DNA of 64,000 nucleotides from Flectonema sp. DT1601 (lineage: Eukaryota). The notes beneath the pieces were generated by a model. That model was not told the origin of the DNA. It did not search any database and saw only the letters and a program-made list of their open reading frames with translations. Each line of letters opens with the position of its first letter. The first letter of the stretch is position 1. The stretch lies in the NCBI GenBank assembly GCA_964019425.1, contig OZ025801.1, positions 1,178,001-1,242,000 on the forward strand. Reading direction: 5' to 3'. A program made the translations under genes and the position numbers. Of this stretch, positions 44,224 to 56,400 are shown in pieces.

Positions 44224-44266
<43 letters not shown>

Positions 44267-44279
44267 AACTAACTAACTA

Positions 44280-44431
44280 ACTCTTTGTTTTTGTTCTTTT
44301 CACTTCTTTGTTTTGTCTTTCTTTAATACTTTCTTTTTGACTTAAGTCTGACAAATTGGAAAACACGGGAAACATAGGTAGGCTCCGCCTGAGGACGTAA
44401 GAAGAGCGGCAACGGGAAAAAATAAATGGTC
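44280..44431 (-). repeat. Repeat Y, copy 3 (3' end missing)
   Basis: Matches ~31775-31924 and ends at the same AAATAAATGGTC boundary. Confidence 0.85.
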
Positions 44432-44995
44432 ACGCGTCCTTGAAATTGGACACACGAAGCTAATTCGGTTACCATTCCTACCATCGATAAGGAAAAACAA
44501 AGAATCGAGCATATAACTAGAGCGGTGGTCAAAGACCACTTGAACAGCCCGAAGGCCTGCCCTCAAGAGAAATTTATAAGGAGAATAGGAGAAAAAGGAG
44601 ACAGGAGTGTTGGAAGAGACACTGCGACAACACCGAAGGTGATGTGCAGTTACCCAACCAGGAGATGATTGATAATGATGAAAATACTAAATATTGATAA
44701 AACACTTAAATGGCGACTACGTGTCACCTACACAATTCCAAAGTCTCAGGTTGGATGCTTGTTCCATCCACCTGATCAACATCGCTACTGAAGGAAGCCA
44801 GCTGGTGGCAAAGATTGAGCCAAGACTGGCAGGAATGCCGTTGATGAGGATTAGATCACTTGATCGGTCCCATTTGCCTGTCAATGTAGAAAAGCCAAGG
44901 ATTTCATATCTGGCTGCATCGAGTTTCTGTGATGGACAGCCTACGAGTAGGTGGAGTTGGTTGGATGGAGCGCTATGGCAGAATGGACATTTGAA

Positions 44996-45035
44996 CCCGC
45001 AAACCCGCAAACCCGCAAACCCGCAAACCCGCAAA
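44996..45035. repeat. (CCCGCAAA)5
   Basis: Five perfect 8-mers. Confidence 0.95.
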
Positions 45036-45574
45036 CCTCACCTTTACAGGGAACAGCTCAAATGGCATAGCGATATCACAGCCTTGATTTAGCGCTTGGC
45101 GCCGACTTCTTGTAAAGAGATTTTACTTTATTTCGCCGTTATTCTCTGGTGAATATTGTTCTTTCTACTTTCAGGTTTGGCTGGCTTTGCTTTAAAGAAA
45201 ACAACTTTTTTGTGTGACGGCGCCCCCGTCCCGTGGCCATGCATGCCTTTCGCAGCCTGGTCCGGACGATTTCGCCTCTGTGGCGCCCTGCTACCCCCGT
45301 CGCAAATGAATATACTTCGTACGTGGACAATACTTCAATTATCGATTACTATAATTCACAACCATCATCTCCCATCACAGCTGCGATATACTTTATGGAT
45401 GAGACACGACGGCATGTCAGAATTCGATATAGCTGATCAATTTCAATTATCCTTAATTGGATTCCGTCATTCTCCTTTAGTATTAATTGCTTGCTTACTC
45501 CCTCTCTGTTTTCTATTTCATTATTACTTTTACATTTCTATAGCAGATATCGCATAGAAAATGCAGAGCGGTTC
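45036..45574 (+). mobile_element. Short non-autonomous (solo A-B type) relative of the YR retrotransposon
   Basis: Left end CCTCACCTTTACAGGGAACAGCTCAAATGGCA resembles the A start CCAACACTCAGACTGGGAACTGCACAAAAGGCA. Right end GAAAATGCAGAGCGGTTC resembles the B end GAGAATGCCGAGCGGTTC. Both flanks are (CCCGCAAA)n. Confidence 0.7.
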
Positions 45575-45774
45575 CCCGCAAACCCGCAAACCCGCAAACC
45601 CGCAAACCCGCAAACCCGCAAACCCGCAAACCCGCAAACCCGCAAACCCGCAAACCCGCAAACCCGCAAACCCGCAAACCCGCAAACCCGCAAACCCGCA
45701 AACCCGCAAACCCGCAAACCCGCAAACCCGCAAACCCGCAAACCCGCAAACCCGCAAACCCGCAAACCCGCAAA
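45575..45774. repeat. (CCCGCAAA)25 perfect tandem array, telomere-like
   Basis: 200 bp of perfect 8-mer. The opposite strand reads (TTTGCGGG)n. Confidence 0.97.
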
Positions 45775-45997
45775 CCAACACTCAGACTGGGAACTGCACA
45801 AAAGGCAAGTGAAGTACGATATACTCTTATAATATTTTCCTTTTCATTGATCAACATTAAATGTTGTTTAAGTATCATTTTTGTTCTCTTGTTATTATTT
45901 CAGATTTATCATTTTACTGTTCTCTTATCATTATTTCATTGTACTCATTTATTCAGGCTAGGAAGGGTCTTAACGCAAAGCGTTTTTAAGAATTAAT

Positions 45998-48136
<2,139 letters not shown>

Positions 48137-48217
48137 ATCCTGGCCGTAAACGAACCCGTAGAGGGCGTCGCGGGAGGAGGGGCGGCAAGTGGACCGCGGC
48201 CTCTCCTGGTCGGCGCG

Positions 48218-48689
48218 GTGCCAGCTGGAGTGCAGCGTGGGTCAACGAGTGTCGCCGCACCGGGACCTTGCGCGAGTACGCGAGAGGGATTCCGAAAACG
48301 AAGATGCGCTGCGCAGGTGGAAGTTCCGTCGGTTTTCGGGAAGGTGGTCCTCGAACACATCCGGAGGGACGATCGACACCGTGGAGACACGATGGAAGTA
48401 AGGGTGGACCACGACACAGCGTTGGAACGCCTGGGGGTGGTCGTCGCGTCGATGTGGGCGGACGAAACCTCATCGAAGCGCAGAAACCTCTGGGGTCGGT
48501 TGGAACAATGGGCGTTGGCTCAGCGTCTGCCAATGTCTGCCGAAACAGCTGCGTTGTTCGTGCTGGCCACAGACGTGAGACCGCAGGGACAGCTGCAATA
48601 CGCAAAGGCGCTGTCCGGGATCTACCGACACCTTGGTCTGGAAAACCAACCGCTCCTCAGCCTGGCAAGCGCGCTGAGGGCAAAAGGGG
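48218..48689 (+). pseudogene. Tyrosine recombinase, N-terminal (core-binding) half, cut by the inversion
   Basis: ASMWADETSSKRRNLWGRLEQW...LQYAKALSGIY...ALRAKG. Joins in frame to the minus-strand AAVPRSQAVP when the inversion is undone. Confidence 0.72.
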
Positions 48690-49100
48690 AACGTTCACCG
48701 CTCTCCCCGGTCCACTCGCAGCTCGCGCGATCCCGTTCCTCAGCAACTCCGCAGCGTGCCTCCCAGCGAAAGATGAAGTAGACGACGAGCGACTCAACTT
48801 CCCCACCTCCGGGTAAAAGGTCAAGTTCCACACCTGATCGAACCTATCCCTCGCAACATCAGTCATCCTACTTCTGAGTCCGTCAACATCCATCGTCTCA
48901 ACGCCACTCACATGCAAAGGCGACGAACGTTCCTCCGCCGTCGACGGCAGTCTTGTCCGCTTGCCCCTCCTGATGATGCTGTGCGTCGTGCACGGAGACA
49001 GCCGCGCCACCGCTTCCATCGCCTCACCTTCGTCGTCAACGTCCTCCGCAACTACAGCAGGATGGTGACCTTCCACGTTTGCAGCGCTCGGGCGGTGTCC
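48687..49100 (-). pseudogene. RT N-terminal segment, inside the inverted segment
   Basis: SPLHVSGV...ELLRNGIARAASGPGRAVNVP continues as PFTVVEEK on the plus strand at 49637. The start position is uncertain. Confidence 0.65.
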
Positions 49101-49638
49101 ACGAAATCCGACGAATACCTGATCGTTGTTGCAGAGATGTTGGTTCCGTCTTCGGCGTGCTTCAACAGTCGTGATACCAGGTACCCTTCTGTGAGCCTTC
49201 CCTCGGCCATCGCTCGCATCAAAGCCGCGGCGGCGCCTCGTTTTATCGAGTGGCCCGTAAAACCCCGCATTCCCGGAGTCCCCCGCCACAACTCTGCCAA
49301 CCGCTCGGTGGTGACGTCCGTCAGCCGATCGAAAGGAGCCAGCTCCCGAAACAAGCTTGCGATCTCCCCGACCAGATCCCCCCGCAAGACCGCCCAACGG
49401 GACGGCACGAACGGGTTTGCTCTCCGGTGTTTTGGCGACGTCCCCCAGTCCACGATCACTTCCGCGTCCTCCACCAGAACGAAATGCGCCGACGTCAGCA
49501 CGTGCACTTCTCCCCACCGGGAAGCCGACTTCCAACACACCAGCGCCGCGAGCCTCAAACGTCCCGTTAGACTTCTCGCCCAACCCAACAGCTGCTCCTT
49601 TGACATGGGAACTGCTTGTGAACGCGGAACGGCCGCCC
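49052..49638 (-). pseudogene. Tyrosine recombinase, catalytic half, inside the inverted segment
   Basis: Catalytic set KSASRWGEV (R), GHSIKRG (HxxR-like), LLKH (H), TIRY (Y). Confidence 0.85.
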
Positions 49639-50953
49639 ATTCACCGTGGTGGAGGAGAAGCCGGAGGGACTGCGGCAGCGGTTCATCCTTTGGACGAGGG
49701 ATGCGAATGGTTGGGCCGAAGAAGCTTACGAAGCTCACGTCCCGCTGTTCCACATCTCAAAATATTTGGATCGGGTTCTGACCGAGGTTGGCTCGACACG
49801 GGATTTCAAGACAGGTTTTTATGCTATTGAAATCCCGGAGGAAGCGAGAGATCTCTTCCGATTCAAGACGACGGAGGGTGAGTGGTTCGAGCTGTGCCGT
49901 TTGCCGATGGGGCATGTCTGCGCGCCGGAGCTGATGCACTCTTTGGCAGCGGCGGCTGCGGGGGATCCAGCTTACGTGCGACGTCAGTGGGCTGCCAGGG
50001 ATGTTGGCGTTGACGTGTTCATCGACAACATTCGGTACACGGGGACGGAAGGCGCGGTGTTGGCGGCGACGGTGAATCTCGATGCTGCGGCGGCGGACTT
50101 CCGTCTTACATGGAAGCCGTCTGACTCGAATACGGCGGTGAGCAAGTACACATTTTTGGGTGTGGACTTTGACCACGAGGCGTCGTCGGTCATGCCGTCA
50201 GCGAAGATCCGGCGGAAGTTGGCGGCGGTGGACTTGTCGTCTGTGACGGCGAGTCAGTTGGAGTCGATGGCTGGGAGGCTGATGCATGCGTCGGCGATCG
50301 CTGCGGCGTCTCCGGGGAAATACTGGTATGCCTTGAAGTTCTTGCGGAGGTTGTCGAACGGTTTGAACCGCGGGGTGAGGCAGGTGCATGATGTAGTGTC
50401 GGTCCCTGTTTCGGTCGCGATGGAGTTGCGCAGTTGGTCGGCTGCCGCTGTGACGAGGAGGGTGGTTGCGCGGGAGCCAGATCAAGATGAGTTCACGACG
50501 TTCGTGGATGCGTCGTTGAGAGGTTGGGGTGGAGTGGTTGTGAACGACAGGACGGCCGAGGTTACTGTCTTGGGGGATGCGTGGGGTCCTTCGGAACAGT
50601 CGCTCCACATCAATGTTCTCGAGGGGATGGCGTTCAGGAACACGGTCTCGGGGATGCCGGTTTGCTGTGATGGCAAGCGAATGTCCATCTGGATCGACAA
50701 CACGTCAGTCATTGGCGTAGCACGGAAGAAGATGTCAGTCCGATCGCAACGGCTGAACGATGCGGTCGTGCGGGCCATCGACGTGCTGGCAGACAGAAAA
50801 GTTAGTTTCTGTATTGCCTATGTGAAGTCAGCGCTGAACCCAGCAGACTTGCCATCGAGGGTGGATCCAGGAGTTATAGGCTCATCGGAGCACCAGCGGG
50901 AAGTTGAACTTGCGGTGAGGGCCTTTCTGACTCGCGATGTGGTGGTGGTGTGA
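49637..50953 (+). CDS. Reverse transcriptase-RNase H of the YR element (N-terminus displaced)
   Basis: RT: PFTVVEEK..RQRFILW, RDFKTGFYAI, RLPMG, FIDN, TFLGV. RNase H: FVDASLRGWG, HINVLE, IDNTSV, NPADLPSR. Confidence 0.88.
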   Translation, partial: PFTVVEEKPEGLRQRFILWTRDANGWAEEAYEAHVPLFHISKYLDRVLTEVGSTRDFKTGFYAIEIPEEARDLFRFKTTEGEWFELCRLPMGHVCAPELMHSLAAAAAGDPAYVRRQWAARDVGVDVFIDNIRYTGTEGAVLAATVNLDAAAADFRLTWKPSDSNTAVSKYTFLGVDFDHEASSVMPSAKIRRKLAAVDLSSVTASQLESMAGRLMHASAIAAASPGKYWYALKFLRRLSNGLNRGVRQVHDVVSVPVSVAMELRSWSAAAVTRRVVAREPDQDEFTTFVDASLRGWGGVVVNDRTAEVTVLGDAWGPSEQSLHINVLEGMAFRNTVSGMPVCCDGKRMSIWIDNTSVIGVARKKMSVRSQRLNDAVVRAIDVLADRKVSFCIAYVKSALNPADLPSRVDPGVIGSSEHQREVELAVRAFLTRDVVVV

Positions 50954-51934
50954 CGGTGCCAACCTTTCCCCCGGCCGATTTTAGGCCGTGGTCGAACATG
51001 CAATTGTACAAGCATGCGGTGCCGTTTTCCCATTACCCCTTCGTGAATGAGTTGCTTCGTGTTAACTTGGTTCTCCTTTGTCTTTCTCATCATCATTTTA
51101 TTCAGCTGAGAAAATGGGAAAGCTAAGACGACATGAGGCTTATGATGCTAGTATCTTGTTATGTGGTTAATTCGTGTGATTGTTTTTATCAGACTCTCCT
51201 TTATGACTTTTCCTTTTCAACAGTACTTCACTGAGAATGCCGAGCGGTTCCCAACACTCAGACTGGGAACTGCACAAAAGGCAAGTGAAGTACGATATAC
51301 TCTTATAATATTTTCCTTTTCATTGATCAACATTAAATGTTGTTTAAGTATCATTTTTGTTCTCTTGTTATTATTTCAGATTTATCATTTTACTGTTCTC
51401 TTATCATTATTTCATTGTACTCATTTATTCAGGCTAGGAAGGGTCTTAACGCAAAGCGTTTTCCCACCCGCCCTACCCCTGTGACGGTGCCAACCTTTCC
51501 CCCGGCCGATTTTAGGCCGTGGTCGAACATGCAATTGTACAAGCATGCGGTGCCGTTTTCCCATTACCCCTTCGTGAATGAGTTGCTTCGTGTTAACTTG
51601 GTTCTCCTTTGTCTTTCTCATCATCATTTTATTCAGCTGAGAAAATGGGAAAGCTAAGACGACATGAGGCTTATGATGCTAGTATCTTGTTATGTGGTTA
51701 ATTCGTGTGATTGTTTTTATCAGACTCTCCTTTATGACTTTTCCTTTTCAACAGTACTTCACTGAGAATGCCGAGCGGTTCCCCGCAAACCCGCAAACCC
51801 GCACTAGAGATACCCCTTCCAGGCTCGCGTTGCTCGCACACAATTTTTTTTTTTTAAATCTTTCTGAACAAACCTTATTTTTACAACCAAGTCACGTCTG
51901 TTTTTATTCCCTGTGTCTAGCTAGGTACCCGTCC

Positions 51935-52003
51935 AGGATACAAAATTGGACTTAACTTTACGCTCGCTTCGCTCGCGTTAAGTTAAGTCCAATTTTGTAT
52001 CCT
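51935..52003. repeat. Perfect 24-bp inverted repeat around CGCTCGCTTCGCTCGCG
   Basis: AGGATACAAAATTGGACTTAACTT (51935-51958) and its reverse complement (51980-52003). Confidence 0.92.
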
Positions 52004-52268
52004 CATCGCAATCTTTTTATTATTCATTTATTACTTTTCTGTCCCAACGGGACGACAAATGAAAAATGTCCTCCCTTAGCTGAAAATGCACACTGCACCC
52101 TGTTTTATCAAGTCATATCACAGAATGGACGAAGATAAGGTTATTCTTTATTTATTGTTTTTGTTTTTCTGAAAGATAGTTATATTAATATGCTAGCACG
52201 AAAACGACGGCTAGGTTTATGATGATTGGATATGTGGCTTAGGTTATCTGTTTGTTTCATTTGGAAAT

Positions 52269-52425
52269 ATTTTATAAACCATTCACAACAGGTTTATCGA
52301 ACTTGTATCTGCAATGTGCGACCCTGGGATGGAAATATAGGAATTTAGTTATATTAATAAGGTTATCGTTCATTACATTATTTTCAATAAAATAGATATG
52401 TGAGAAGAACTACGGGATGGGGAAT
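52269..52425. repeat. ~155-bp direct repeat, second copy at 62751-62976
   Basis: ATTTTATAAACCATTCACAACAGG...CTACGGGATGGGGAAT. The second copy has an internal insertion. Confidence 0.88.
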
Positions 52426-52469
52426 AACAGTGGTGAAAAAAGCATCAGCCGATTGCGGGTTTATAGTGC

Positions 52470-53088
52470 TTCTGTATGTATGTGGGGTGGGTGACTATTC
52501 TACTTCGGCCTCTTGATGCCTTGGGTTCTTCCAGTGGTTGATCTTTGTTTCGCCTGCTGAGGCTTTCACCGCCAGCGCTTCCTTCTGTCGAAAATGGCAG
52601 CTTCTCGAGCGGCCACCCTGCAGGCTATCGAGACATCCCGAGCCGCAGCCTTTACCTCCTGCTGACGTTTCTCAACATCAGTTGCCGTTTCCCCTTCGTC
52701 GAAGAGCAGCCGCCACCTTCCGAGCAGACTCTGCCATTTGTTCCTTCTGCTGACGTTCCCTCAATAGGATCTCCACCTCCAATGGTTCCTTCCTTCGGGC
52801 TGGTGTGTGTGTGTGTGTGTTGTCGTACTCCCTCAGCTCACGTTCCTTTGCCATGACTGCCGAAGCTTGGAGCTTCAACGCTTCTCTTCGACGAAGGGTT
52901 GCTTCTCGAGCAGCCTTTCGAGCTGCTATCTGGAGTTCCTTCTGCTTTAGTAAGTTCACCTCCAAGGCTTCTTTCCTTTGAAGGGCACATTCTCGAGCCT
53001 CTATCTCCTTCAATCGCTTCTGCTCTGGCTCCTTCGCCATGACTGCGTGCCACCGCCGGCGTCTTGCTTCCAAGGTGTCCTTAACCAT
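52470..53088 (-). pseudogene. Diverged tandem duplicate of the Helitron ORF 3' end
   Basis: LEARRRRWHAVMAKE...KVAAALRRR parallels 53385-54050, with indels and a (GT)n insertion. Confidence 0.85.
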
Positions 53089-53244
53089 GATGTTGTTACT
53101 GCTGTGGAATTATATTTTAGATTTGAGTTTAATAATGTTATTCAAAACAGGTTAATACATAAACCCAAAAAATGTGCCGCGTGATCGCGTATTGAACCCT
53201 CAGTCACAGGAATGCAAGAGCGATTAGTCGACGACCATATTATT

Positions 53245-53292
<48 letters not shown>

Positions 53293-53421
53293 TTGTGTGT
53301 TGCTATCCTAGGATGAAAATAAGGGTTTATTGTGCATTAACTTAATTTCCGTCCTGCTCAGTGTTCCAAAACGAAAATGTGAACTTCTGTATGTGCTAGT
53401 TTTGCGGGTGACTGTTGTTGT

Positions 53422-56400
53422 CTACTTCGGCCTCTTGATGCGCTGGGATTTTGCGGGGGGTGCTTTCCGCTTCATTGCAGCTGGCTTCTGGGACGAAGTT
53501 CCAGGCTTTTCTTTCGCCTGCTTTCGGGAGGTTCTCACCGCCAGGGCTTCTTTTCGTCGAATGGCAGCTTCTCGAGCGGCCACCCTGCGGGCTATGGAAG
53601 CATCCCGAGCCGCAGCCTTTACCACCTGCTGACGTTTCTCAACATCAGTTGCCGCTTCCCTTCGTCGAAGAGCAGCCGCCACCTTCTGAGCAGACTCTGC
53701 CTTTTGTTCCTTCTGCTGACGTTCCCTCAACAGGATCTCCACCTCCAATGCTTCCTTCCTTCGGGCTGGCGTGTCGAACTCCTTCAGCTCACGTTCCTTC
53801 GCCATGACCGGCGGCGAAGCTTCCAACTTCAATGTTTCTCTTCGACGAAGGGTTGCTTCTCGAGCAGCCTTTCGGGCCGCTATCTCGAGTTCCTTCTGCT
53901 TGAGTAACTTCACCTCCAAGGCTTCTTTCCTTCGAAGGGCAGATTCTCGAGCCTCCACCTCCAGAGCCAGTGACCTCATTCGCTTCTGCTCTCGCTCCTT
54001 CGCCGTGACTGCATGCCACCGCTGGCGTCTTGCTTCCAAGGGGTCGTTAGCCGTCAGGCGGTATGTATCACGCAACCTGATGAGTGCTTCCTCTGGACTG
54101 CGGGACCGCAGGTTGACGTAATGCAGACCTAGTGCATGGATGATTTCCCCCAGCTGATTCCAAATGAAGATAGTTCCGTTGGTGTGGTGGGTTAGAAGAA
54201 ATGAGAAATGGTCGTGAACCTCATTTTGGTCTTCCGTAAAGAAACACGACTCCGGGAAGAACCCTCCAACTCGTAGCCCGTCTTGCTGTAGTACGACGAT
54301 TTTTATATGTAGCAGCACCGCGGCTGCGTCGATTGCCTCGTTCGTCAGCCAAGACCCGTCGGTTCGATATTGCTCGACCCAGGATGAGTCACTACCTGCG
54401 CGGACCATCTCTTCGCAGATCTGGTGTCGGAGGTCTCCATGGGAAGGGATATCCGCATTCGCATACCAGTGGACATCACGGAGCGCATTCTGTATGGCAT
54501 ATAGAAGGCAGTTACCGTCCGATCCTGTTCGCCGCATCTCGAGCCCAAAGAGATGCCACATGACGTAGGCGTATTCTTGTGATGGGTGAGTGAATGTTGG
54601 ATCCAAACGGGTTGCTGAACCGAGGTAAGCCTGAGGATCGAAGGCAGGAAGTTCCATCCTCTTCCGTTTTCGAGCAACTTCTGAAGGCGCACGCGTCGAA
54701 GAAGAAGATGGATCCTTTTTTTGTGCCGCGATCTTGTGCCACACGGTGGACAGCGATTCGAGAGATGTTTTTACTCCGAAGAAAGGTTTCAAATTGATGT
54801 AGTGGGTGTGCAGGCCCCCTGCCGTTTCGCAACTCCACAGGAAGATGACCCTGGAACTCTGCAACAACAGCCATCTGAGTTCTTCATGCACGGTTCTCTG
54901 TGAAGCCCCCTCCTCCTCCTTCTTCTCTGGGAAGGTAACGATCTGACTGAGGCCGTCTTGTTTCAGCAGCACAATGTCTAACTGCAGGATTCTGGAAGCC
55001 GCGTCGACTGCTCGATCCGTGAGCCATGCTGATCTCCAACTGCTGTGTTCGGAATCCGATGATGATGATGATGATGATGATGATGGGCAACCGTCGTCAC
55101 TTCTCTGCTGCTGCTCATCTAAGAGTTGTATCTGCTGACCGATATACTTGCGGAAGCTTTCCGGATCCGAAGTGATGGAAGCAGTATCCACAAACCACGC
55201 GGAATCACCGAGCGCAGTGCAGATGGCGGAATGCAGACAATCACAGTCAGCCTTGGTGTTTCCGAGGGCCAAGCCGAAGAGGCTTTGCAGCACATGGTCG
55301 TAGACATGCATCGGATACGACCGCTCGCTGTCGAGGCGCACTCCAGGAGCGAGGTATATCTCAGGGCTGAGCCACTTCGGCAGGCTAAGCCCCGCTGTCT
55401 GGTCGGGTTCGAAGGTGTCGGGTATTCTGGTCCACTCTTCAACTTGCTGTGAAACGCCGACGAACTGCTGCTCTTTGATGTTTTGTTGCTCTTCCACGAC
55501 AGCGTCCGGGTCTTGCGGTGCGTCCGTCCACTCGTGGTACTCTTCGACCCCAGCTGGCCTTGCAACGTTGCCCCTCGCTGCCTTCGAAGCTTCTTCAGCG
55601 ACTCTGCGGATCTCCGCTCGGGATCGCGGACTGAGGGGATGGCCGCGGATTGCCTGCTCGACGCTGCTAATGACGTTCAGCTGGACGGGATTCCTGAACG
55701 ACTCCCTCTTAGCCGGCTGCGTTGCGACGCGAATATCAGCAGCGTGTCGGACGCGCGTAAATGCCACGTAGGCTTGTCCGTGTGCGAAGAACTCCGATTT
55801 CGTCAAGTCAAGCCCAAGACGATCAACGGTTTGCCCCTGGAGCTTATTCACTGTGAGGGCAAACGCATTACGCACGGGAAACTGAACACGCTCCATCTCG
55901 AAGGGGACTTTTCCTGGTTCCGGTGTCAGCTTGATCCTAGGGATCAGCACGAACTCCCTTGTCCTGCGGTCCTGGCAATAGAGTACTTTCCGGTGACAGC
56001 GGATGACCACCAGCCTCGACCCGTTGCAGATGCGTGCACCGCTTCCGGAGTAAATGTTCCGAGTGCAGATGATCGGAGAGTTCACCTTGAGCAGCAGCTT
56101 TTGGGGAGGCAGCCCTGCGGTGACTTGCGACATGTAGTCCTCGGTGGCCAAGTCAGGCGAGGCAGTCTCGGTGCAGCGATTGGCGGCGATGAATTCGAAC
56201 ACCCTGCCTGGGAAGGTATTGAGGCAAGCAGCGTTTAGCTCGTCGACGTCGCTGTTGAGTAGGGAGGCAATTGCAACGTTCTCGTCGATGATGCCTTCGT
56301 CCAGCTGGGGATACACGAAATTGATGAGGTCTTGCCGTACGTAGATGCGTTCTCCGGAGTTGCCAATCCTGCCGTACAATCGTGTCCAGCCGTTGATGTC

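Larger units (their letters stand above)
32421..44264 (+). mobile_element. CRE-like (RLE-type) non-LTR retrotransposon, ~11.8 kb
   Basis: Order: tRNA-like head, ORF1, ORF2 with RT + RLE, 3' UTR, poly(A). Flanked by the direct repeat (A)nCTAACTAACT (32408-32417 and 44265-44274), a candidate TSD. Sharp GC and purine shift against host DNA. Confidence 0.78.

Noticed and set aside
44432..44995. 132-aa ORF running into the first 8-mer array
   Set aside because: Non-ATG start and no recognisable domain. It may be a decayed fragment.
45575..45774. CRISPR-like array
   Set aside because: There are no spacers, it is a simple tandem repeat, and the context is eukaryotic.
45491..45878. ORFs encoding PANPQTRK / GLRVCGFA repeats
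   Set aside because: Translation artefacts of the stop-free 8-mer array.
49052..49753. A naturally antisense YR gene starting at 49753
   Set aside because: Its first ~38 codons are the antisense of the RT. The junction sequences point to an inversion, with the true N-terminus on the plus strand.
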